A stretch of DNA of 64,000 nt, taken from a virus. Taxonomy: Duplodnaviria; Caudoviricetes. Position numbers and translations under genes: made by a program. The notes under the pieces are model-generated. The model was given only the letters and a program-made list of their open reading frames with translations, ran no database searches and was not told where the DNA came from. Below, one piece after another: positions 49,094 through 57,910 of this stretch; position 1 is the stretch's first letter; every line of letters begins with the position of its first letter. The stretch spans positions 64,001 to 128,000 of IMG/VR virus record IMGVR_UViG_3300010283_000005. The stretch is one strand, 5' to 3'.

Positions 49094-50545
49094 ATGGCAC
49101 GTAGAAAGAATAACAATGATGATGGCTCGAATGAGGCATTTGATAATGCAATCGAAGCCTTAGCTAAAGGTACTGGATTTCAGCTTGGTATCAAATCTAA
49201 GGTTCTGACTGCTAGACGTAAAGTCAAGACTCCGATTGAAGTCTTGAATATCTTACTTGGAGGAGGACTTCCGTTTGGTACGGTAGCTCAGTCTTACGGT
49301 CCTCCTAAGGTTGGTAAGTCAACTTGGCTGTATCAGATGATGGGTATCTTTCAGAAACAGTATCCAGAAGGAATTGCTGTAATCATCGATAGTGAGGCTT
49401 CAGCTGATAATGAACGTATCACTTTCTTAGGAGTAGATACTAGCCGAGTACTTCGACTTCCTGCATCTTCGATTGAAGCTGGATTCTTAGCTCTGATGAA
49501 GATGCTTGAAAATAAGGCTAATAGCGAGGAGCTGAAAGATGTACCAGTGTTTGTCATCTGGGATACTATCTCTAAGGGACTTGCTCAGGATAATTCTACT
49601 CAGTCTCGTATGAATGCTCAGGATCGAGCTCGTATCATCAAGAACTACATGAGTCCTGTTATGGCTGAGATTGAGAAGCATGACTTCATCCTTGGACTTC
49701 TGAATCAGGTCATCTACACTACTGACTCCTACGGCAATCGTAAGATGGATTCAGGTGGTGGTATTGCTCTGAAGCATGATGTCCATTTCAGTACTAGACT
49801 GACTCCTGCTCAGGATACCTGGGATGGTAACTTCTTAGTACGCAGAGCTTCTCGACTTGATATCGATAAATCTAAGATCGGACCTGAGATTGGTAACATT
49901 CCTATGATTCTCGATATCACTGAGGGTGGTATAATTGATGAAGTAGGTAGTTTCCTTGAGTACTTCTTATGGTCTGGATTCATCAATCAGACTTCAGGCT
50001 GGTACAAGCTCAAGGATCTACTTGATGCTACTAAGATGAGTCCGTTCTATAAGATCATCGCTGATCATGATAGCTCTTATCGTTACGGTGATCTGCTTAA
50101 CATGGTCAAGGACAATCCTGATGTGTACCATGCTATGAGATTGTTCTTCATGAATTTCTTAGCTAGCAAGTACAAGCTTCAGGCTAAGGTCATGGATGAG
50201 TACACTAAGGAGTGCGTAACTACACTTCGTACTTATTACAATCCAGCAGACTTGTATCTGATGGATGATGAGCAGGAACGTCAGAGAGTCATCGGAAAAC
50301 TTAGATCCAATGAGGAATTGCTCACTACGATCGAGAGTAGAATTGATGATTGTCAGGCGATCTGTCTCGATTGTGGTATGGTTCATGATGATCTCTATCC
50401 TTATTGCGATTGTGGCGAAGGATCGCTAGTAGTCAGCAAGGCTACTGCTCAGAGTATTCTTGACGAGATCCATGGTCATGCAGCTGAGAATACTGAAGAA
50501 CAGGAGGTAAGTGCTGATGGAGCAATTGCAGAAGAGACTGAGTAA
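49094..50545 (+). CDS. recA: RecA/UvsX-like recombinase
   Basis: LGGGLPFG, GPPKVGKST, IDSE, VIWDT, LNQ and GGIALKH motifs. Confidence 0.85.
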   Translation: MARRKNNNDDGSNEAFDNAIEALAKGTGFQLGIKSKVLTARRKVKTPIEVLNILLGGGLPFGTVAQSYGPPKVGKSTWLYQMMGIFQKQYPEGIAVIIDSEASADNERITFLGVDTSRVLRLPASSIEAGFLALMKMLENKANSEELKDVPVFVIWDTISKGLAQDNSTQSRMNAQDRARIIKNYMSPVMAEIEKHDFILGLLNQVIYTTDSYGNRKMDSGGGIALKHDVHFSTRLTPAQDTWDGNFLVRRASRLDIDKSKIGPEIGNIPMILDITEGGIIDEVGSFLEYFLWSGFINQTSGWYKLKDLLDATKMSPFYKIIADHDSSYRYGDLLNMVKDNPDVYHAMRLFFMNFLASKYKLQAKVMDEYTKECVTTLRTYYNPADLYLMDDEQERQRVIGKLRSNEELLTTIESRIDDCQAICLDCGMVHDDLYPYCDCGEGSLVVSKATAQSILDEIHGHAAENTEEQEVSADGAIAEETE

Positions 50546-50560
50546 TCTAGGAGGTATAAA

Positions 50561-51262
50561 TTGGAAGTATATAAAATAACTTCAATTGATACTGGGAAGA
50601 TATACATTGGTAGTACTAAGCAGGATAAATATGCTAGATGGAGCAAGCAAGGCTGGAGTCATCTAGCTACTGCTGATAGTGGTAGTGATAGACCACTGTA
50701 CTGTGATATTCGTAAATATGGAGAATCAAGATTTACTCTAGAAACTATCGAGCTAGTAGATAATGTGGATGAACTAGAAGCTAGAGAAGATTATTGGATA
50801 AAGCATTACTGGGATTCTTTAGGTCCAGATCATCTCTATAATATGTACCGAGGAGTGCGTATCTCAGGAGATGGAATGCAATTAGTCACTCCGGAAGCTA
50901 GGGCTAAACGTAATTCTACTATGCTAGATAGATATGGAACTTTATTCAAAGTCGATCAAGCTGGTGTAATGAAGCGTACTGCAACTCATCAATCAAATCA
51001 TACAGCCATCTATTCCTATGAAGCATTCAAGAATAGATCTGGTCATTATCAACTACCTGATTGTACTATAAAGTATGGATTAACTGAGTTGCTAGAGTAC
51101 ATGCAATCTATTGGTTATGAAATTACTCATAGCCAGCTTAATCATTGGGTCAATGGTGGGTACTTATCTAAGCGTATGCAAGCTAAGTATCCTAGTTTGC
51201 TAAATTATCGTATAATTAGATTAGATTCTAAAGGAGGTGGTGCTAATGAATATGAATCCTAG
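50561..51262 (+). CDS. GIY-YIG homing endonuclease (HEG4)
   Basis: VYKITSIDTGKIYIGST..R, IRKYG, E.YWI and LYN motifs. Confidence 0.8.
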   Translation: MEVYKITSIDTGKIYIGSTKQDKYARWSKQGWSHLATADSGSDRPLYCDIRKYGESRFTLETIELVDNVDELEAREDYWIKHYWDSLGPDHLYNMYRGVRISGDGMQLVTPEARAKRNSTMLDRYGTLFKVDQAGVMKRTATHQSNHTAIYSYEAFKNRSGHYQLPDCTIKYGLTELLEYMQSIGYEITHSQLNHWVNGGYLSKRMQAKYPSLLNYRIIRLDSKGGGANEYES

Positions 51263-52373
51263 ATTGAGTAAAGTACTCATCATAGATGGTTCATATCTTT
51301 AGCTTATTCAAAGATCCCTGAATGTACCTGAATTATGGAATTTGAAGTCGAGTAAAGGACTGCGTACAGGAGGTATTTTCGGATTTTTAAGAAGCTTAAA
51401 TTATGAATTCAAAGGTTTAGATTACTACCCTGTAGTGACTTGGGATTCAGGATTAGCTAAGCGCAGAACTGAGGTCTATGAAAGCTACAAACGTAATCAT
51501 ATTCGTACTGCAGATAAACTTATGAGAGAATGCAAGGATGAGACTGATTTCTCAATCAAACTTGAAGAATCCTTCTCAGAGGAGAGTACTCTCAATGAAG
51601 CTATTGAATCAGTACGAGAGACTCTAGCAGCTAGTCGTATCGAAGCCGTTAACAAGATGGATGAAGATGACTATCGAGCTCAGTACCGTAGGCAGAGAGA
51701 TATCTTGATTACGATACTGAATGCAATCGGAGTTCCTTCCATCAAAGTCAATGGCTGGGAGGGTGATGATCTGATGACTCTCCTCACTAGAATCTCAGAA
51801 GAAAGCATCGTGATGACAGACGATAAGGACCTTATTCAGCTGATTGGTCCTCATACTCAGATCATCCGACCTATGCAGAAGCAGCATTTAGTATATGATA
51901 AGTATCTCCCTGAGCAAGATATCTCGTGCTCAAGAGAATTAGCCATTACTAAGGCAATCGAGGGCGATGGATCTGATAATATCCCTGGAGTCACTGATGG
52001 TCTCGAGACTAGTTACCGTGTAGGTCACGTGAGAGCTAAGCAGATCGCTAAGATTATCTTGGAGAATAATGAAGATCCTGATAAGTACCTGAAGGTGCTC
52101 CGAGATAGTGGTAAGAATTACTATCTAGGATTTGTTCAGCGTCATGATGATTATATTCGTAATATGAAACTGGTGGATCTGAGCTTAGTGCCTAATGATG
52201 AATCAGTAATCGAAACTGCAGTTACTGAGATCATGGCTAGAGCTGGAAAATGCAATTACTTATCTGCAGCTCAAATGCTGGCAGAACAGGAGATTACTTC
52301 ATTTGATTTGAGTGCATTCATCTCTAAGATGTCAATCTTGAGCTGTAGTATCAAGGCAGGAGGTAATTACTAA
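51246..52373 (+). CDS. 5'-3' exonuclease/flap endonuclease (PolI N-terminal/T4 RNase H-like), interrupted by an in-frame TAG at 51300-51302
   Basis: AAAGGAGG RBS, then MNMNPRLSKVLIIDGSYL*LIQRSL continuing in frame into WD, R..Y..YK.N, EGDD, DKDL.Q and GD.SDNIPGV. Confidence 0.85.
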
Positions 52374-52858
52374 TGGAAGTATTAGAGAATAGACTGGGTC
52401 AGGTGAATGATCCTGAATCACAAATAGCAGCTATTATCAAGCTGACTAAGGATATCTTAGGTGAGATGTCTGATTATGAGACTGGTATGATTAGAGATTC
52501 TATCAGAATGATTTCGATGGAAGCTCCATCTACTAAGCTGCTAGTTACTGAGCGTATCAATAAATTGAATCAATGCAAGTCGGAACTTCAGTATATCGTT
52601 CTTAAGGCTAAGGAGGTTAGGCGTACTTATAACATTCCATTCGTGAATATCTATAATACGTACTTCACTTTAGGTACTAAGAAGGGATTGCCTAGCAAGC
52701 AAGCTATCGAGTCCGAGATGTATCATGTGCATGCTGATATGCGTGAACGCAGAGATAAACTCGAGGATATCGATAACCTGCTAGAATTCCTATCGTCCTA
52801 CTTTGGACTGATCGATCGCACTATCTCAACCTTAGAGAGTAGAAGATACGACTTATAA
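52373..52858 (+). CDS. Helical protein, possibly a UvsY-like recombination mediator
   Basis: All-helical 161 aa near recA/SSB; weak resemblance only. Confidence 0.4.
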   Translation: MEVLENRLGQVNDPESQIAAIIKLTKDILGEMSDYETGMIRDSIRMISMEAPSTKLLVTERINKLNQCKSELQYIVLKAKEVRRTYNIPFVNIYNTYFTLGTKKGLPSKQAIESEMYHVHADMRERRDKLEDIDNLLEFLSSYFGLIDRTISTLESRRYDL

Positions 52859-52873
52859 CAAGGACGTCTCAGG

Positions 52874-52902
52874 GAGCTATCAGGCTTTCTGAGACGTTTA
52901 TA
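52874..52902 (+). promoter_or_regulatory. Phage promoter motif GAGY-N17-CGTTTATA
   Basis: GAGC-17 nt-CGTTTATA. Confidence 0.75.
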
Positions 52903-52930
52903 CTTATAGGACAGGAAAGGATGTGATTTA

Positions 52931-55900
52931 ATGTTATGTGAAGATTGTTATCTGAATGGGACTTGCAATCCTATATTTCCATCTGGATCAGATAATCCTG
53001 ATTTTTATGTAATAGGTGACCTTGCTACTCAATACGAGAGCGATGCTAATCAGGTATTTTCCATAAATTACCCAGCAGGTCAGTACCTTATGAATACAAT
53101 GATGTCCTTAGGTATGACTGCTGAGAATACTCGATTATTCAAGACTATTAGATGCTATCAAAAGACTTATACTGAGGACAATGAAGCATTGAGATCTCGA
53201 TGTGGTGTATTTGCTACTATGGATATCTACAAGCATAATCCTAAGATTATCATTGCACTCGGATCTGAAGTATCTAAGTATTTCATCAAGGATAAGTTCT
53301 CATACATTTCTAATGCTCGAGGTCGTATCTATGACGTAGAGATCAATGGTAAGATGTTCAAGGTTATGCCTACGTACAGTCCAAATTACGTAGTGAATAA
53401 TCCGAACCAAGCTGAGTCGTTCACTAATGATCTGCTTCATGCAATCTCTTACGTGAATGGTGAATTGATCGATATTGCTCAGAAAGATCTCCAGTATGCT
53501 CAGAATTATGAGGAATTCAAGACTTATTTCGATGAGCATCTAGCCAATGCAGAAATGCCTTCGTACGACTTGGAGACTAACGCTAGGGATCCTAGAAGTC
53601 AGGAAGCTCGTATGGTCGGATTCTCCTTGGCACCTGATGGGAGTACTGGTATCTATGTGGTAAGAAATTCTCTGGAGTATAAGATGCCAGAGGAAGACTG
53701 GAAGAAGATTGTCTCTCTAGTAATCGAGAAAGTCCTGAAGCAGAAGAAAGTTCTAGTACATAACTGTATGTACGAGATTCCGTTCACTGAGAATGAATGG
53801 CAATATTATATTCAGAACTTCGAAGATAGCTTGATCAAGGCTAGGCTTCTGCTGGGTGGCAAAATCGGTGCTGGTTTGAAGGATCAGTGTATTAAGAATC
53901 TAGGTTATCCTGACTGGGATAGCGACCTAGATATGTACAAATCCGCATTTATGCAGCTACTAGGTAAGCTTAAGCCTACTCCTGGTGGCAGGAATCGTTG
54001 GGATCTAGATTTCATCAGGAATCGAGGATTAGTAGCTCTGTATGATGAGTACGAACGTATCTTGAATGAGTCAGGGTTGGATGCTCGTTGCACTAATAAC
54101 TACAATGCAGTGTCTCGAATCAGAGATGTATGCTTAAAGTACTATACTACTGAGGCGGAGTATGCTATCATCATGGAGCTCGTAGGCGAAGAGATCGTAG
54201 CATTGATTGATGCAGGATACTCTGGACCATTCTCCTATGGATTTATTCCAATGAAAGTTATCACCAAGTACGGTGCTATGGATTCAGTTGGTACTCAGGA
54301 CTTGAATGAGTATCTTGATAAGCAGATCACTGATTATTCTAAACAATTAGGTATCGATCTGCGAGTAGGATACGATTACATGAAGCGTCACTACATTGCT
54401 GGTACCTGGATGGAGATGAATGGACTGTACTGGAATAACGAGGTAGCTGAGCAGGAGAAAGCTTGGTATGCAGAGCAGTGCTTGAAATCTGAACTAGCTA
54501 TGATCGATTCTCCATTCTTGGATGAGACCTTATTCCTTGAGCAGAGATGGATCTTCAATGATTATCTGGTCGAGAATAATCTGGATCTAGTAAGAGCTCA
54601 GCTCGGAGACTTTGATATCATGAAGTCTGGTATCAAACTCAGAACTACTGGAGAACTTATTAAATTCAAGGATATCTTGGAGCGTATGGGTAAAGAGTTC
54701 ATTGATTACAATCGTACTTTTATGCTTCAGTTAATTCGATCTAAGGCTCGTGAGCATAAGGATTATAAGGAACTTAAGTATATGTTCAATCCAGCTTCAC
54801 CTAAGCAGTCAACTAAGGATCTGATCAATAGTATCTTAGTAACTGATGAGATTCGAGTAGCTTACTTGATGAATAAGCTGAATGTCATGCTTGATGATCC
54901 TGAGTTTGACTTGCAGAAGTATCCTATGTCGGATAGACCGTTATTCCAGGTACTGATCGATGGTAAGAAGTATAATAAGTATGTTGATGAGTACAATAAG
55001 CGATTGGATGATGACGAGAATGATAAAGATATCATGGAAGAGCTTCAGGAACCTGAGTTCTACTCTGATGCATTCTCGAATGGAGTCGATTCCGAGGATG
55101 AGGATGATGAATCAGGTAAGGGTAGGAAAGTCAAACTTACTACTGGAGACTTGTTCCAGAAGTTTGTAGAGACTTTCTCCAAGATTCAGCTAAGATCAAG
55201 AGAGATTCAGCTATTAGCATCTGAAGCATTGAACTACAGACTAGATTCAGTATCCGAAGGTAACATTATTGAGCTGAATAGCTACTATGTGATCTCTGGA
55301 GTAGTACTCGATGACCAATCAACTTGGACTGATCGTTACTGGTTCTTAGTGAACTTCCGTATGTGGAAGAAATGCAATAAAATGATCACTACTTATATTG
55401 ATGGTCGTAAGGTTGGTCGAGGATCAGTCTGGATCGTTGATGAAGCTGATCTTGATACTGGAGAGCTTCTGACTAGACGTAAACGATTGTATGATGGTCT
55501 TCCTAAGGAGGGAGAATGCTGTGTAATGCAGCCTACCTACAAGGTATGTACAGCCAATTCGTTCAGATGGCAGGCTGGTATGCATACGATTCCTGCTGAG
55601 TCGAGTATCAAGAATATCTATACTTCGAGGTACGAAGGAGGATGTATTGCTGCACCTGACTTCTCGCAGATGGAGCTCCGTACAATGGCTGGTGCATCTC
55701 AATGTACTGCAATGATCGAAGCATTCCGAGCTGGTGCTGATATCCATATGCAGAATGCTTGTAAGATTTTCAAGAAGAAACCTGAGGATGTTACTTCTGC
55801 AGAACGACGTTATTCTAAGATGGCATCCTTCATGATCCTGTATGGTGGCGATTATCGTAACTTTGGTGAGGAGTTCTTGGATGGAGATATCAAGCTGGCT

Positions 55901-56590
55901 AAGTACATCTACGATTCTTTCTATGAAGCTTACCCTGAAGTAGCTCAGTATATCGAAGCTAAGCATGAGGAGATGAAGAAGTACGGCAAGGTAACTACCT
56001 TGATGAATATGTTCCTGAGTATCAGTCCTGAAGATGATGTCTGCCGAGGAGATGAGGGTAAGGCATTGCGTATTGCTCAGAACGCTCCTATTCAGTCTGC
56101 TGCTTCGATGATTGCAGGATGCTGCCTGTATGAGATTATGAAGTTCATTGTTGATCATAACATGAAGAGTAAGATCATTCTGTTTGTTCATGACTCCATC
56201 GAGGTAGATATTCATCCAGCAGAGATGCTCCAGCTAGCTTCTCAGATCGTGCCTATGATGAATAAATTCCCTAACGAGCAGTTCAACATGCCAGTTAAAG
56301 CTGACCTGGTTTTAGGTAAGTCTATTGGTCAGGAAGTCACCATTGAAGAAATTCATTGTAATGAAGATTTCACTGAGGGTGAGATGGTCTGCGAAGCTTA
56401 TGAACATGACTTCATGGCATTGATGAATGAGTGGAAGAAAGTCTACAAATCAGTTACCTGGGAAGATATCGATGAGCCTAAGGAAAAATATCTTAGCTGG
56501 AATCAGCTTTGGATTTCTAAGCTCGCAGTTCAGAAGGGATATGGTGTTACTAATACAGTAGTTCATCGTAGAGTCAAGGTGATCATCTGA
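52931..56590 (+). CDS. polA: Family A DNA polymerase with N-terminal UDG-like domain and 3'-5' exonuclease
   Basis: DLET, HN..YE and Y...D exonuclease motifs; DFSQMELR, R..SK...F..LYG and VHDS polymerase motifs. Confidence 0.92.
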   Translation: MLCEDCYLNGTCNPIFPSGSDNPDFYVIGDLATQYESDANQVFSINYPAGQYLMNTMMSLGMTAENTRLFKTIRCYQKTYTEDNEALRSRCGVFATMDIYKHNPKIIIALGSEVSKYFIKDKFSYISNARGRIYDVEINGKMFKVMPTYSPNYVVNNPNQAESFTNDLLHAISYVNGELIDIAQKDLQYAQNYEEFKTYFDEHLANAEMPSYDLETNARDPRSQEARMVGFSLAPDGSTGIYVVRNSLEYKMPEEDWKKIVSLVIEKVLKQKKVLVHNCMYEIPFTENEWQYYIQNFEDSLIKARLLLGGKIGAGLKDQCIKNLGYPDWDSDLDMYKSAFMQLLGKLKPTPGGRNRWDLDFIRNRGLVALYDEYERILNESGLDARCTNNYNAVSRIRDVCLKYYTTEAEYAIIMELVGEEIVALIDAGYSGPFSYGFIPMKVITKYGAMDSVGTQDLNEYLDKQITDYSKQLGIDLRVGYDYMKRHYIAGTWMEMNGLYWNNEVAEQEKAWYAEQCLKSELAMIDSPFLDETLFLEQRWIFNDYLVENNLDLVRAQLGDFDIMKSGIKLRTTGELIKFKDILERMGKEFIDYNRTFMLQLIRSKAREHKDYKELKYMFNPASPKQSTKDLINSILVTDEIRVAYLMNKLNVMLDDPEFDLQKYPMSDRPLFQVLIDGKKYNKYVDEYNKRLDDDENDKDIMEELQEPEFYSDAFSNGVDSEDEDDESGKGRKVKLTTGDLFQKFVETFSKIQLRSREIQLLASEALNYRLDSVSEGNIIELNSYYVISGVVLDDQSTWTDRYWFLVNFRMWKKCNKMITTYIDGRKVGRGSVWIVDEADLDTGELLTRRKRLYDGLPKEGECCVMQPTYKVCTANSFRWQAGMHTIPAESSIKNIYTSRYEGGCIAAPDFSQMELRTMAGASQCTAMIEAFRAGADIHMQNACKIFKKKPEDVTSAERRYSKMASFMILYGGDYRNFGEEFLDGDIKLAKYIYDSFYEAYPEVAQYIEAKHEEMKKYGKVTTLMNMFLSISPEDDVCRGDEGKALRIAQNAPIQSAASMIAGCCLYEIMKFIVDHNMKSKIILFVHDSIEVDIHPAEMLQLASQIVPMMNKFPNEQFNMPVKADLVLGKSIGQEVTIEEIHCNEDFTEGEMVCEAYEHDFMALMNEWKKVYKSVTWEDIDEPKEKYLSWNQLWISKLAVQKGYGVTNTVVHRRVKVII

Positions 56591-57405
56591 TGTATGGCTA
56601 TATTTATAGAACTACTAATATAATCAATGGCAAGATCTATATCGGTAAACATAAGAGTGCAGAATTTGATCCTAATTATAAGGGATCAGGATCTGCACTA
56701 TGGAATGCTATCAACAAATATGGATGGAGTGCATTTCATACTGAGATGTTATCTAGGTGTTTCTCATTGGAGGAACTCAATGAAGAGGAGATCATGCTTA
56801 TCGCTCATTTTAATGCTACTGATAGATCTATTGGATACAATCTTTTAGATGGAGGAGATGGAGGATCACTCTATGGTGAGCTCAATAGCTTCTATGGCAA
56901 GCATCATACTAAGGAGACTCGAGGTATCATCAGTTCAGTACTTAGAGCCTCATGGCAGGATGAAGACTATCGCAATCGTCAGCATGAATCTAGATTAGGC
57001 AATCAGAATTCTGCAGGGACTATCTGGATTCATAAAGGTGACATTAATCATAGAGCTAATTTAGATAATATTGAGAATTATCTAGTGGATGGCTGGGAGC
57101 TAGGCTGCTCGCTAGCTTCTAGTGAAAAGAAGAGATTAGCTGCGATTGGTAGACAGAATAATCTAGGAAAAGTGAGAATTCATAAGGGTGAGCTAGGCAG
57201 AATGGTAGACAGATCTCAGCTAGAATTATATCTAGAATCAGGCTGGGAATTAGGAATGAAGCCTAGTGCTACTAGATCTAGACTAGGTAGAAATGCTCCG
57301 CCTAATCGTAGATACCATGTTACTTGCAAGGTATGTGGAAAGCAGTTCTTAGGAACTAGTCCCAAATCTAATAAATGTCCTGAATGTAAAGGAGGTGATA
57401 CATGA
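56590..57405 (+). CDS. GIY-YIG homing endonuclease (HEG5)
   Basis: YIYRTTNIINGKIYIG; two WIHKG...YL..GWELG repeats; terminal Zn ribbon. Confidence 0.9.
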   Translation: MYGYIYRTTNIINGKIYIGKHKSAEFDPNYKGSGSALWNAINKYGWSAFHTEMLSRCFSLEELNEEEIMLIAHFNATDRSIGYNLLDGGDGGSLYGELNSFYGKHHTKETRGIISSVLRASWQDEDYRNRQHESRLGNQNSAGTIWIHKGDINHRANLDNIENYLVDGWELGCSLASSEKKRLAAIGRQNNLGKVRIHKGELGRMVDRSQLELYLESGWELGMKPSATRSRLGRNAPPNRRYHVTCKVCGKQFLGTSPKSNKCPECKGGDT

Positions 57406-57818
57406 TGTTCCTGATATCTTTGAGTAGACTAGCTCTCGAGTATCGTAATAATCGATTACTCCTGGATAGTACTTATAAAACTTATAGTAGCTGGAATTAT
57501 GATCTTGATGGTTCTAGTACTAAGCACTTGCCTAAGTTGATTAGCAGATATAGTTCTATCGTAGCTGCTATAGAGGAGACTTACTGTGAGTACTCTATCA
57601 ATCTAGATTACCTAGATGCAGGGTCAGATAATCTGGTTAAGATTTTGCAGTATATCTCTAAACTGGATGATAAGGATATTCCTATGCAGCTGATGACTGA
57701 TAGGACTAAGAAAGTCCCTATCAGCATTGAAGCTCTCAATCAGATCTATAGTCGAGCAGAGTTATCCTACCGATTAGCTAATGCTTCTCAAGTTGAGGAT
57801 GAAGTTGTTATCGACTAG
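57402..57818 (+). CDS. Hypothetical protein
   Basis: AAAGGAGGT RBS inside the HEG5 3' end. Confidence 0.6.
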   Translation: MMFLISLSRLALEYRNNRLLLDSTYKTYSSWNYDLDGSSTKHLPKLISRYSSIVAAIEETYCEYSINLDYLDAGSDNLVKILQYISKLDDKDIPMQLMTDRTKKVPISIEALNQIYSRAELSYRLANASQVEDEVVID

Positions 57819-57846
57819 AGTAAATATATCACTAGATACGTTTATA
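57818..57846 (+). promoter_or_regulatory. Phage promoter motif GAGY-N17-CGTTTATA
   Basis: GAGT-17 nt-CGTTTATA. Confidence 0.75.
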
Positions 57847-57910
57847 GTTTTGTAAGTCAAAGGGGCTATTAGTTAACCACTTTGATTAACAATAATAAGG
57901 AGGTACTTAT

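Noticed and set aside
55424-56215. Long antisense ORFs (also 39618-40271, 28254-28700, 38248-38655)
   Set aside because: Shadows of well-supported + strand genes arising from codon bias.
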